64,000 nucleotides of DNA, taken from assembly GCA_963841435.1 (NCBI GenBank), contig CAWJCS010000004.1:384001-448000 (forward strand). Direction: 5' to 3'. A program made the translations under genes and the position numbers. This DNA is from an uncultured delta proteobacterium (lineage in GTDB: Bacteria; Myxococcota_A; Polyangia; Polyangiales; Polyangiaceae). The notes under the pieces are model-generated. The model did not search any database, was not told the DNA's origin, and saw nothing but the letters and a program-made list of their open reading frames with translations. Shown here one piece after another: positions 29,098-39,197 of this stretch. Position 1 is the first letter of the stretch; every line of letters begins with the position of its first letter.

Positions 29098-29715
29098 TCA
29101 GCGTAGAGCACGCGCGTACTCCTCGAAATCCGAGAGCGCCGAACGCAGCCGGTCGAGCGCGTACCGCATGCGGCTCTTGACCGTGTTCTCGGCGACCCCA
29201 GTGACGATCGCGATTTCCTTGAAAGGTAGGTTGCCGATTTCCCGCAACAGGAACACCTCGCGTTGCTCGTCGGGCAGCCCGTCCACCACCTCCGTCAAGA
29301 TCGCCAGCATCTGGCTCGAAGCTGCAGCACGCTCGGCGTTCGTTGACGGCCGCTTGTCCGCAACGACGTCGCCGAGCGGGCGCGGGTCGTCACCGGGACC
29401 GAGCGGCTGGTCGAGCGATGGGTGACGGCGGTGCACCGCCTTGCGCAGCTGGTCGATGCAGAGGTTGCGAGCGATCGTGTAGACCCAGGTCGTGAAGCGC
29501 GCCTCGTGTTTGAACTCGCTCGCGTTCTGAACCACGCGCAAGAAGACCTCCTGCGTGACGTCCTCGGCGCGATCGGGTTTTCTGAGTTGGCGCAGCACGA
29601 AATTGTAGAGAGGTCGGTGATGGCGTCGCACCAAGAGGGCGAACGCATCGCGATCGCCGCGTTGGTAGCGGACCATCAGGGTTTCGTCGGTTGCGTCGCC
29701 CGGGGCTGCCGCCAT
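29098..29715 (-). CDS. ECF (sigma-70 group 4) RNA polymerase sigma factor
   Basis: Motifs AEDVTQEVF, FTTWVYTIARN and FKEIA..GVAENTVKSR. Confidence 0.93.
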   Translation of the reverse strand: MAAAPGDATDETLMVRYQRGDRDAFALLVRRHHRPLYNFVLRQLRKPDRAEDVTQEVFLRVVQNASEFKHEARFTTWVYTIARNLCIDQLRKAVHRRHPSLDQPLGPGDDPRPLGDVVADKRPSTNAERAAASSQMLAILTEVVDGLPDEQREVFLLREIGNLPFKEIAIVTGVAENTVKSRMRYALDRLRSALSDFEEYARALR

Positions 29716-30164
29716 GGAGCAGGTGACCAGGTGCCGGCGGGCAAGAGGTATCGAGGCCTCGCGAGCGGGGCGGGTCACAACGACCTGCCCTCATTGCCTT
29801 GACGTTTCAGCCCGGGGTTCGATCTCCGTCCGCGGCGCCAGTTTGAAACGCTACGCCGCGTCCCTCCGAGCGGCAAGACCCTTGGAAAATCAGGTGCCTG
29901 CGACCCGATAGCCCACCCAGGCCGGCCAGATGGTTTGCTCAACTGGTCTATCGGCCGGCCGCCTGGTGCCTGGCGGCACTCCCGCTCGAGCGCCAAACCA
30001 CGTGGGGGCTCGGACCCCCGCGGGGCTGCCCCCGATGCAAGTCGTTGAGGAAGTTCTTCCCGAATCGCCCGGGAGGCGTAAGTATTCGGCGCGCGGCCGT
30101 TTGCCGCCATCCGCGATCTTGTGGGGATGGACTATTCAGGCGTTCCGAGACTCGAACGAGGGTA

Positions 30165-31073
30165 ATGATGAAGCGCTCGACGTTGGTTCCTTGGCTTGTT
30201 TCTGCGATGACACTGTGCGGCGTGATGCCGGCGCTGGCTCAGACAGCGAAGCCCGCGGCCGCGGTCTCCGCGGCCGCCGCTACCACCAGCGCTCCTAGCG
30301 CGACCACCACGGCTCCCGCGGCGGCGAGCGCGGCGCCGGCGGCGAGCGCGGCGCCGGCGGCGAGCGCGGCGCCGGCGGCGCCCACACCCGCACCGAGCGC
30401 GACGACCGCGACGGCGCCAGCGGCGAGCGCGTCAGCGCCCGCGGTCGCAACCCCGACGCCACCCATGGACGGCTCGACGTACGTCGTGCGCCTGCGCGAC
30501 CTCGAGCAACGCGTGGACGAGCTCAAGGAGCAGATCCGCAGGAGCCATACGCGGCTGAGCCTGCTGAGCGACACCATCCTGTCGGGCGGTGTCGGCGGCG
30601 CGAGAGCCGAAATCACGTTCAAGAACGACCTCTCGAGCGCCTTTCACCTGACGGGCGCCACGTTCGTGCTCGACGGCGCGGTGCAATACAACAAGCAGGA
30701 CGACACGGGCATTCTTGCCCAGCAAAAGACGATCCCGATCTTCAGCGGTTCGATTCCGCCAGGCGATCACACGCTCCAGGTCGTCCTGAAGCTACGTGGT
30801 CACGGCTACGGCGTGTTCTCGTACCTGCGCGGGTACAAGTTCAACGTACCCGCTACGCATTCGTTCACGGTCACGGAGGGGAAGTCCGTTCAGCTCGAAG
30901 CCATCATTTGGGAAAAGGGGGACGTGACGACGCCGCTCGAGCAGCGTCCGGCGGTGCGGTGGCGTCAGACGGTGGGCAGCTTCGCGGACGAGGGCCGCCC
31001 GGACGGCGCCTCGAGCGCGCCGCCAGCCGCGGGCGCCTCGGGGAGCGTGTCGGTCGGAGTGGGGGCTAAGTGA
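30165..31073 (+). CDS. Exported Ala/Pro-rich coiled-coil plus beta-sandwich protein, first gene of the Glt-like operon
   Basis: GAGG RBS, signal peptide, Ala-rich linker and coiled coil LRDLEQRVDELKEQI. GTGA-coupled to the next gene. Confidence 0.75.
   Translation: MMKRSTLVPWLVSAMTLCGVMPALAQTAKPAAAVSAAAATTSAPSATTTAPAAASAAPAASAAPAASAAPAAPTPAPSATTATAPAASASAPAVATPTPPMDGSTYVVRLRDLEQRVDELKEQIRRSHTRLSLLSDTILSGGVGGARAEITFKNDLSSAFHLTGATFVLDGAVQYNKQDDTGILAQQKTIPIFSGSIPPGDHTLQVVLKLRGHGYGVFSYLRGYKFNVPATHSFTVTEGKSVQLEAIIWEKGDVTTPLEQRPAVRWRQTVGSFADEGRPDGASSAPPAAGASGSVSVGVGAK
30321..30374 (+). repeat. Perfect 18-bp tandem repeat x3 (GCGGCGAGCGCGGCGCCG) encoding AASAAP
   Basis: Read directly from the sequence. 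In-frame linker repeat. Confidence 0.9.
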
Positions 31074-33436
31074 AGCTCCGCTTCCCGACGCAGGCGCTGA
31101 CCGCGACGGCGTGCCTGCTGCTTGCTGCGCGAGCGTTCGCGCTCGACGCGGGCACGGCGCGGGGTCGGGCCGACATCGCGATCCGCGCGGTCGAGGCGGA
31201 CGCATCGAAGGGGCCGGACGCCAGCCGGTTCCGCTTCACACCGCCCACGCCAGCGCAGCGGGTCGCTGCCGGCGACATGCTGCTCCGCACCAAGGACTAT
31301 GACCGGTCCATCTCGACTCTCGCGAAGGTCCTCGAGCTCCACCGCCAGGGTCAGATCCCGGAAAACGCCTTCGCGGACGCCACAGCCCTGATTGCCGAGG
31401 CGTACTTCCAATCGTCCCAGTACCTCTCGGCGCGCCGTCATTTCCGCGAGGTGCTCGACCGGGGCCAGCGGGGCCCGTTTTCCGTCTACGTGGGCCGAGC
31501 GCTGAGCCGGCTCGTCGACGTCGCGCTCCGCACGGGCGACCTCGACTCCCTCGACTACGTGTTTGCGCGCCTCGGCACGCTCCCTGCTTCCGACGCTTCG
31601 GGGTCCCTCGGGTACGCGCGAGCCAAGGCGCTCTTCGCACGGCGTGACTTCCCGTCCGCCAAGGCGGCCGTCAACGCCGTTCCCATGACCTCCGAGTACG
31701 CGCCCCAGGCGCAGTATCTGCTCGGCGTCGTGCTCACCAAGGAGGTGCTGCTCGCGACACCGCCGCCCGCGACGGCGGACGCTCCGGCGCCGCGCCGCAA
31801 TTTCGGCCCAGCGATCGAGCAATTTCGTCGCGTCGCCAAGCTCCCGGCGACGACGCCGAACGCCCGCGCCGTCGTCGATCTCGCCTGGATGGCGGTCGGC
31901 CGCCTCTGTTACGAGAGCGAGGCGTACCCTGAGGCCGCTGACGCTTACAGCCACGTCGATCGCCGCTCCCCCGAATTTTCGACGATGCTCCACGAGCTCG
32001 CCTGGGTTTACGTCCGCCTCGGCGACTACCAGCGGGCGCAGCGCGCCCTCGAGGTGCTGAGCATCACCGATCCGAACAACCTCGATATCGCCGACGGCTC
32101 GTTGTTGCGCGCCGACCTTTTGCTGCGCTCCGGGGAGTTCGACAAGGCGCTCACGCTGTATCGCTCGGTGCGCGCCCGGTTCGATCCGATTCGCGACCAG
32201 GTCGACCACTTCATCGCCACGACCGCGGACCCTGCCTCCTACTACGACCGGCTCACCGTCGACCCGGACGTCCAGACCGACGACAAACTGCCCCCGATCG
32301 CGCTCACCTGGGCTCGCGAGGCCGCCGAGGACGAGAACGTGTTCATCGTCATCGACGACGTGAACCGCTCGCGGGATCTCATCAAGCAGAGCCGGAAGCT
32401 CGCGTCGCGTCTCAACGCGGTGCTCGCCGTCCCGACTCGTGCCAAGGCCTTCCCGGAGATTCGCGCGTCGCTCGAGTACGTGCTGAGCCTCTCGAACAAG
32501 CTGGCGCGCGCCCGTCTCACACTCGCGCAAGGCATGGATGACGCTGCGGGCGACGTTGCGGGGGAGCTCGCGAGCGTTCGCCAGGAGCGGCGCTCGCTGA
32601 TGCGGCGGCTCGGCTGGCTTCCGGTGACGTCCGCCGAGTTCGGTCAGCGCGACGAAGCGGGTGAACGCCAATGGAACAACGTGTCGCAGGCGCTCCAGCA
32701 GTTGACGATCGAAGCCGACAAGCTGAGGGCCATGGTCAACGCGCTCAAGCGCGTGATGCGCGACGCCGACCAGTTCGGCGTGCGCGCCGATCCGGCGCTC
32801 CGCGAACGTTATCGTCTGGAGATCGAGGCGAACGCCAAGGACCTCGAGGGGTACGAGCAACGCATCGATCAGTACCGGGACGCCATCGAGATGGGCCGCG
32901 TCCAGTCGGGGTTCGGTGACCAGCGCTACGTCGAAGACGACCAAGTGCGGCGCCGGTTCCGCGAGCTGTTTTCGCGCGAGGTCGCCCTCTGTGCGGCCGG
33001 CCAAGACTCGGGTGACGCGGCCGACTATGCGCGCGCGATCCAGCCGCTTTTGGCGCGCGCGGACGTCGTCGATCTGCGCCTCGAAACGACACGCGCGGAG
33101 CTCGAGAAGAGCGCGCTCGCCCAGGCGGAGGTCCTAAAGTCGAAGATTGCCGAGGAGCTTGCGCAAGTGGAAGCGCGTGCAGCAAACCTCGACCAGGTCG
33201 ACCAGGAGGCTAGGCTCGTCGTGGGCGAGGTCGCGATGAAAAGCTTCGCCGCCATGCGAGATCGCCTGAAGGGTATCGTGCTCCGGTCCGATATCGGCAT
33301 CGTGCAAGAAGCATGGGAGGAGCGGGAGGAGCAGCGACTGCGCGTGAGGAACCTGCAGCGCGAGCGAGCGCGCGAGGAGCAGATGCTGAACGACGAGCTG
33401 CGCGAGGTGCTCGAGGACGCGGAGGAGGACCAATGA
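31070..33436 (+). CDS. Exported TPR plus coiled-coil protein, GltC-like
   Basis: Signal peptide and TPR motifs (AQYLLG, LAWMAVGRL.YE, LHELAWVY) with a long helical C-terminus. Position before a GltD-like gene. Confidence 0.6.
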   Translation: MKLRFPTQALTATACLLLAARAFALDAGTARGRADIAIRAVEADASKGPDASRFRFTPPTPAQRVAAGDMLLRTKDYDRSISTLAKVLELHRQGQIPENAFADATALIAEAYFQSSQYLSARRHFREVLDRGQRGPFSVYVGRALSRLVDVALRTGDLDSLDYVFARLGTLPASDASGSLGYARAKALFARRDFPSAKAAVNAVPMTSEYAPQAQYLLGVVLTKEVLLATPPPATADAPAPRRNFGPAIEQFRRVAKLPATTPNARAVVDLAWMAVGRLCYESEAYPEAADAYSHVDRRSPEFSTMLHELAWVYVRLGDYQRAQRALEVLSITDPNNLDIADGSLLRADLLLRSGEFDKALTLYRSVRARFDPIRDQVDHFIATTADPASYYDRLTVDPDVQTDDKLPPIALTWAREAAEDENVFIVIDDVNRSRDLIKQSRKLASRLNAVLAVPTRAKAFPEIRASLEYVLSLSNKLARARLTLAQGMDDAAGDVAGELASVRQERRSLMRRLGWLPVTSAEFGQRDEAGERQWNNVSQALQQLTIEADKLRAMVNALKRVMRDADQFGVRADPALRERYRLEIEANAKDLEGYEQRIDQYRDAIEMGRVQSGFGDQRYVEDDQVRRRFRELFSREVALCAAGQDSGDAADYARAIQPLLARADVVDLRLETTRAELEKSALAQAEVLKSKIAEELAQVEARAANLDQVDQEARLVVGEVAMKSFAAMRDRLKGIVLRSDIGIVQEAWEEREEQRLRVRNLQRERAREEQMLNDELREVLEDAEEDQ

Positions 33437-36400
33437 ACGCCACTCGCGAAGGCTGGCTTTTCGGGCTCGGGCTGGGGCTCGCCGCGGCGCTCGCCGGCGG
33501 CGTTGCCAGCTCCGCTCCCAGTGAGACGGCCGCCGCGGCCACCGCGACGGCCCCTGCCGCGTCGGCGACGGCGGCTGCGGCCGCCGGAGCGTCGACGAGC
33601 GCGGCACCGGCCGCCACGGCTCCCGTGCCGCGCCCGGCCAGCACCATCCGTGCCCGCCAAGTCGTGCCGCGGCGCCCGCCGCCCACGCCCGACCAGCTCA
33701 AGGCATTTCAGATCCTCTCGGACGAGGCGCGGGTCTACGAGCGTGACTCGAAAGACTACCGGCGTCTTCTCACGATGGTGGTGCGCCATCACTACGAGAG
33801 CCGCCGCAAGCGCGTGCTCGCTTCGCTCGACCGCGAAATCAAGATCGAGAAGTACGGTCTCGAGAACGCGCGCAACGAGGCGATCTCCCGCCTCGAGGAG
33901 TTCGTCGCCCGTTACAGCGGCACCAACTCCGACCCCAAGGCGACGCCGGACGCCATGTTCCGCCTCGCTGCGCTCTACGAGGAGCGCGCCCGCGAGCGCA
34001 CGGAGGGCGACATTGCAACGGGGCTCGAGCCCGCGATCGCGCTGTACCGGCGACTGATCAAGGAGTACCCGCAGTACGAAGAGTTGGCGGCCGTTCACTA
34101 CTACCTCGGCCACGTGCTCACCGACTCCGGCCGAATCGACGAAGGCCAGCAGGCGTGGCGCGTGCTCGTTTGCCAGAATCACTTTTCGATCGCCGACGAC
34201 CCAAAGGACGCGGGCAAGCTCGTGGTCCAGCTGCTTCCCCAGGACCACGACGTGAAGTTCTGGAACGAGTGGAACGATCGCCACCCGATCCCGCTCGATC
34301 AAGATCGGCTGCTCTCCAAGAAGGCGAAGCGAGGCGCCAAGGCGACGCCCGACGAGGAAGAGCTCACCTACGTCTCGCCGTACGAGGGGTGCATCCCCGT
34401 GCCGCAGAACACCCCGCCGGGCGAGGATCCTCGCTACCTGGCCGAGGTGTGGTGGCAGCTCGGCAACTACCACTTCGACCAGATCGACCCGGCCGGCGGC
34501 CCCTACAACCTGAACCGAGCCGTGAGCGCCTACGATCGCGCGCTCGAGTACCAAAAGCCTCCGATCTACGGCGTCGCGCTCTACAAGCGCGCGTGGAGCT
34601 ACTTCAAGCAGCAGCGCTACCGCACCGCCGTCGACGAGTTCGTGAACCTGCTCCGCTACGCCGACGAGCAGGAGGCGAGGACCGGAGACCCGGGCGCCGA
34701 CTTCCGCGCCGAGGCTTATACGTACATCGCCGGCTCGCTCACCTACGTCGACTTCGAGGGGCCACCGCCCGAGCACCCCTACATCCCGCGGAGCGACGTG
34801 CTCGACACCGAGACCGATCCGCTGCTGGCCGAGCAGAAGATGGCGATCGCCATCGAGCGCGTCCAGGACCCCAAGCTGATCCCCCAGGATCAGAAGTGGA
34901 CCGTCGAGATCTACAAGTCGCTCGCGCAAGAGTTCATCGAGATCACGCAGAACCGCAACGCGGTCGCGATGCTCGAGCTGACCCTCAAGAAGTTCCCGCT
35001 GAACCGCGACGCGCCCGTGATGCAGAACAAGGTCGCCGACCTCTACGACGAGCTCTCGCGGCTCGCTCCCGACGGCTCGGCCGCCAAGATGGAGTACGCC
35101 TCGAAGGCGCTCGACGCCCGCACGCGGCTCGCCATCTACGTCGGCGCCAACACGCCGTGGGTGGAGGCGAACAAGGACGACCCCGAGGCGCTGCAAACCG
35201 CCGAGCAGCTCGTGCGTGGTGGTCTCAAGAAGGCCGCCGCCGACCACACGAACTTCGCGCGGAGCTACTACCAGCGCGCCCTCGAGCTCAACGACGAGGG
35301 CGAGCAGCGGGCCCTCATCGACAAGTCGATCGCCGAGTATCGCCTCGCCGATGCCGCCTGGGCCGGCTACCTCGAGCAGGATCCGACGGCGCTCGACGCC
35401 TACGAGAGCCGTTTCTGGCTGGCGGACGCGCGCTATTGGGTCGTCGTGCTGCAGGTCGCCCTGCAGCGCTCGCCTGACCCTACCGAGGTCACCCGCGCCC
35501 GCGAGGCCGCGGTCGACGTCCGCGATTCCAACGAGGACGACAAGTACCTCCAGCCGTCCGCGTATTACATCGTGACGCTCGCCGACAAGGTGCTCGAGGA
35601 CGAGCAGCGCAAGTTCGAAGCCTCGAACGGCGCTCAGGGCATCGAGAAGCGCGAAAAGGTCCGAACCGAAGGCGAGGGGGACAAGGTCCACGCCGTCCGA
35701 GACGAGCTGCCCGAGCCGGTGCTCGCGACGATTCGCGCGCGTGACGAGTACAACGATCGCCTGCCGGCCGACCGCGACCCGCAGAAGAACGGCTTACTCT
35801 ACGCGTTCCAGGCGGCGGACCAGTACTTCTTGTACGGTCAGTTCGCCGAGGCCCGCGCCCGCTTCAAGCCGCTCTACGACCAGTACTGCGGCAAGAACGA
35901 GTGGGGCTACAAGGCCTGGGAAAAACTCATCAGCATGGCGGCGCTCGAGAGCGACGCCCCCGAGAGCCGCCGCCTCGCCGAGGGCAAGAGCTGCGCGGTC
36001 GACGAGGAGACACGCAAGGCCGAGGAGTCCCTCCGCAAGCCCGTCAAGCAGGGCGTGGCCTACCTCGACGCGCGCAAGCTGTTCGAGGAAGCGGAGAAGA
36101 TGCCGGAAGGTCCGGCGCGCGACAAGAAGTGGCGCGAGGCCGCCGCGGCCTACAAGGTGGCGCTCGACGCAGCACCCGATCGCGACGAGGCGCCCGAGGC
36201 GGCGATGAACGGCGCCTATGCGTACAAGCAGGTCGGCGAGTACGACAAGGCCATCGAAATGTACGAGCTATTCATCGCGCGCTACGGCAGCGATGCCACA
36301 CTGGACAAGCTCGCCAAGGGGGACCCCACGGCCTCGCCGCCCGTCGCGCCCAACCCACAAAAGTACGAGACGCGCGTCAAGTACCTCAAGAACGCATACG

Positions 36401-37617
36401 ACGCTCTCGCGGGCTCCTACGTGCTGTTCTTCAACTATCCGCGCGCCGCCGAGACGTTCGACAAGATCAGCGCGACGAGTCGCTTCAAGGAGGACGACCG
36501 GCGCGAAGCGTCACGCCAGGCGCTCACGCTCTACTCGAGCCTTGGCGACCGGACCGCCATGACCAAGGCGCGCGAGAGCTTCGAGAAGCTCGGTGCCTCG
36601 CCCAAGGAGGTCGCGGAGGCGGACTTCATCGTGGCGAGCGCGGAGCTCAAGCGCTGGGATCGCTACAGCCCCGACACCGGCGCCAACGCAACGGCACGCC
36701 GCGCCGCGCAGCGCGCCATGGACGACTACTACGAGACGAACAAGGGACGCGATGCAGCCGCGCAATACGTCGTGCAAGCCGCCTACTGGTCGGCCGTGAC
36801 GCGACACGCCGTCCAACAGAAGGAGGCCGACAAGTGGTGGCAGAACACCATCGCCGCCTTCGAAAAGTGGCGGCGCTTCGCCCCGCAGAGCGGCGGCAAG
36901 AGCTCGGCGCTCAGCTCGCAGGAAGCCAAGATGGCGGCCGAGGGCGAGTTCACGCTTCTCGATCAGGAGATCGAGAGCAAGTTCGACTACGAGACCGGCC
37001 ACCACCGCTACAAGGGGACGGTTCTCGAGGTCATCAGGCAGTACCAGCAGGATGCGACGGGCGCGAAGGCCTGGTTCGACAAGCTGCAGCACGTGGCGGA
37101 TGCCTACGTGTCGCCCGAATGGACGATCGCAGCGATTTCGCGCCAGGGCTCGGTGTACGACTCGCTGCGTACGGGTCTTTACAACGTGCGACCGCCCGCC
37201 TTGAAGATGTTCGACGCCAAGACCGAATCGTTGCTCAAGCGGGCCGAGAACAGCGACGACCCCGATCTTCAAGCGAAGGCCGACGAGGCTCGAGTGCGCG
37301 TCCAGGAAGGGTGGCGTTCCAAGCGCGATCAGGAGCTCGACAGCGCTGATCGCATCATGGTCGATCGGTACGCAACGAGCGTCGTGCTCGCGAAGCGTTA
37401 CAACGTCTCGAACCCCGCCGTGGTGCGCGCCATCCGCCGGCTGGCCTTCACCACCGAGGTGATCGGCGAGGTGAAGATGAAGCAGTTTACCGGCAGCGTG
37501 AAGGAGCTCAACTACACCGAAGGGATGTTCCAGCGCATGCGACCCGGCCAGGTCTCGACCGCGCCGCCGCAGGGCCTGCCCGAGCCGCTCCCGGTGACGA
37601 TCGGAGGCGGGTCGTGA
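33433..37617 (+). CDS. Giant periplasmic TPR protein, GltD/AgmU-like (1394 aa)
   Basis: ATGA overlap, signal peptide and many TPRs (DAMFRLAALYEE, YYLGHVL, WWQLGNYHF, ALYKRAWSYF). Confidence 0.7.
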   Translation: MNATREGWLFGLGLGLAAALAGGVASSAPSETAAAATATAPAASATAAAAAGASTSAAPAATAPVPRPASTIRARQVVPRRPPPTPDQLKAFQILSDEARVYERDSKDYRRLLTMVVRHHYESRRKRVLASLDREIKIEKYGLENARNEAISRLEEFVARYSGTNSDPKATPDAMFRLAALYEERARERTEGDIATGLEPAIALYRRLIKEYPQYEELAAVHYYLGHVLTDSGRIDEGQQAWRVLVCQNHFSIADDPKDAGKLVVQLLPQDHDVKFWNEWNDRHPIPLDQDRLLSKKAKRGAKATPDEEELTYVSPYEGCIPVPQNTPPGEDPRYLAEVWWQLGNYHFDQIDPAGGPYNLNRAVSAYDRALEYQKPPIYGVALYKRAWSYFKQQRYRTAVDEFVNLLRYADEQEARTGDPGADFRAEAYTYIAGSLTYVDFEGPPPEHPYIPRSDVLDTETDPLLAEQKMAIAIERVQDPKLIPQDQKWTVEIYKSLAQEFIEITQNRNAVAMLELTLKKFPLNRDAPVMQNKVADLYDELSRLAPDGSAAKMEYASKALDARTRLAIYVGANTPWVEANKDDPEALQTAEQLVRGGLKKAAADHTNFARSYYQRALELNDEGEQRALIDKSIAEYRLADAAWAGYLEQDPTALDAYESRFWLADARYWVVVLQVALQRSPDPTEVTRAREAAVDVRDSNEDDKYLQPSAYYIVTLADKVLEDEQRKFEASNGAQGIEKREKVRTEGEGDKVHAVRDELPEPVLATIRARDEYNDRLPADRDPQKNGLLYAFQAADQYFLYGQFAEARARFKPLYDQYCGKNEWGYKAWEKLISMAALESDAPESRRLAEGKSCAVDEETRKAEESLRKPVKQGVAYLDARKLFEEAEKMPEGPARDKKWREAAAAYKVALDAAPDRDEAPEAAMNGAYAYKQVGEYDKAIEMYELFIARYGSDATLDKLAKGDPTASPPVAPNPQKYETRVKYLKNAYDALAGSYVLFFNYPRAAETFDKISATSRFKEDDRREASRQALTLYSSLGDRTAMTKARESFEKLGASPKEVAEADFIVASAELKRWDRYSPDTGANATARRAAQRAMDDYYETNKGRDAAAQYVVQAAYWSAVTRHAVQQKEADKWWQNTIAAFEKWRRFAPQSGGKSSALSSQEAKMAAEGEFTLLDQEIESKFDYETGHHRYKGTVLEVIRQYQQDATGAKAWFDKLQHVADAYVSPEWTIAAISRQGSVYDSLRTGLYNVRPPALKMFDAKTESLLKRAENSDDPDLQAKADEARVRVQEGWRSKRDQELDSADRIMVDRYATSVVLAKRYNVSNPAVVRAIRRLAFTTEVIGEVKMKQFTGSVKELNYTEGMFQRMRPGQVSTAPPQGLPEPLPVTIGGGS

Positions 37618-38924
37618 TCGCGCGCGCCGGTCGTCTGCTGGGGCCAGCCCTGCTCTGCTTTTTGGGCGCCTGCGGAGGTAGCCAGCAAGCGGCGCCGACC
37701 GCTGCGGCTCCGACCGCAGCCGCCACCGCTGCGGCCGCCGTCCCCGGTGCCGAGGGGGCTGCCGCGCCCGTCTCCGGCATGAGCGATGCGCCGACGAGCG
37801 GCGAATCGGCGGCCAATCGGCCCGCCATGAACGCGCAGGCCGCGCAAGCATACGCGGCCGGCACCGCGGCGTTCAAGTCGGGCGACTTGGCCGGCGCGAA
37901 GGCTCAGTTTTCCCGCGCGACGAGCGCCGACCCCAAGGCGTACCAGGCGTACTACTCGCTCGGTGTCGTCCAGGAGCGCCTCAACGAGGTCGGCAACGCG
38001 CAGGCATCGTATCGGCAGGCCACCGTCATTGTCCCCGACTACGAGCCGGCAATCTTCGCTTATGCCGTGCTCCTCGCGCGAGGCGGCAAGGGGGAGGCAG
38101 CGATGGAGTTCTTGAACTCGCGGCGCGCCTCCATGCCGAAGAGCGCCGCCGTCTCGGCTGCGATGGGCGAGGTCAAGTCGATCCAGGGCGACTCCGGTGC
38201 GGCGCAGCGTTTCGCCCAGGAGGCGCTGAAGAAGAACCCCGACTACGCGCCCGCCATGATTACGCTCGCCCGCGACCATTACCGGGCGCGCCGCCTCGAC
38301 CTCGCCCTTTACACGCTGAAGGCGATCCTCGACGGCTACGGTCCCGAGAATCCGCCGCGGGACAAGAACAGCGCCGAAGCACATCTGCTCCGGGGCTTGA
38401 TCCTCAAGGAGCAGGGCAATCGGCCCGCCGCGATCGAGGACTTCGAGAAGGCGCTGTCGGTGCGTCCCGATCTCGTGGAGGCACGACTTCAGCTTGCGGC
38501 CTACATGCTGGAGTCGGGCAATGCGACGGGCGCCGCGCCCCTGCTCGAGGGCGCGGTGCGCTATGACAACGGCAACGTTCTCGCGCACCTGAACCTCGGC
38601 GACGCCTACCGCCTGCTCGGTAAGGCCGACCAGGCGCGAAAGGAGCTCGAGTGGGTGCGGAAGGCCGACCCGCAGCTCGCTCAGGTCCACTACAATCTCG
38701 GCCTGCTCTACCTGTTCTCCGAGAGCGTTCCGGGCGTGACGCCGCAGCAGGCGACCGATCTCGCGATCGGGGAGTTCGAGCAGTACAAGACGATGCGGCC
38801 GCGCCAGGCCGGCTCCAACGACGACACCGAGGAGCTCTTGACGAGAGCCAAGGCAAAGAAGGGCATGTTGGACGCCGCTGCGGCCGAGAAAGCGGCGGAG
38901 GCGTCGCCGCCCGCGAACCCCTGA
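37614..38924 (+). CDS. TPR lipoprotein, GltE/AglT-like
   Basis: Lipobox FLGAC and canonical TPRs (AHLNLGDAYR, VHYNLGLLY). GTGA overlap. Confidence 0.72.
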   Translation: MIARAGRLLGPALLCFLGACGGSQQAAPTAAAPTAAATAAAAVPGAEGAAAPVSGMSDAPTSGESAANRPAMNAQAAQAYAAGTAAFKSGDLAGAKAQFSRATSADPKAYQAYYSLGVVQERLNEVGNAQASYRQATVIVPDYEPAIFAYAVLLARGGKGEAAMEFLNSRRASMPKSAAVSAAMGEVKSIQGDSGAAQRFAQEALKKNPDYAPAMITLARDHYRARRLDLALYTLKAILDGYGPENPPRDKNSAEAHLLRGLILKEQGNRPAAIEDFEKALSVRPDLVEARLQLAAYMLESGNATGAAPLLEGAVRYDNGNVLAHLNLGDAYRLLGKADQARKELEWVRKADPQLAQVHYNLGLLYLFSESVPGVTPQQATDLAIGEFEQYKTMRPRQAGSNDDTEELLTRAKAKKGMLDAAAAEKAAEASPPANP

Positions 38925-38932
38925 GCAAAGGC

Positions 38933-39172
38933 ATGCAAATGTTGCGAGTTTCCCTGTCGGTCGCGATGCTCGTGCTCTCCGTCAGCGGCGTGGCGAGCGC
39001 ACAGAAGAAGGGTCGAGTGATCACCATCAGCGAGGTGACGATCGTCGGTCGTATTCAGAAGCCGATCGCCGCCGTCGACGTGAGCCGCATCCAGCCGAAG
39101 CTCACGCTGGCCGAGCTGAAGCAACCCTTCGTCGACCGAATCGAGAAGTCGATCTCGCACGATCCGTTCTGA
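38933..39172 (+). CDS. Small exported protein, GltF/CglF-like
   Basis: 79 aa with a signal peptide and VTIVGRIQKP...PFVDRIEKSI..DPF motif. Typical position after a gltE-like gene. Confidence 0.65.
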   Translation: MQMLRVSLSVAMLVLSVSGVASAQKKGRVITISEVTIVGRIQKPIAAVDVSRIQPKLTLAELKQPFVDRIEKSISHDPF

Positions 39173-39197
39173 TCGGCGCGACCGACGCGGCGTGCCG

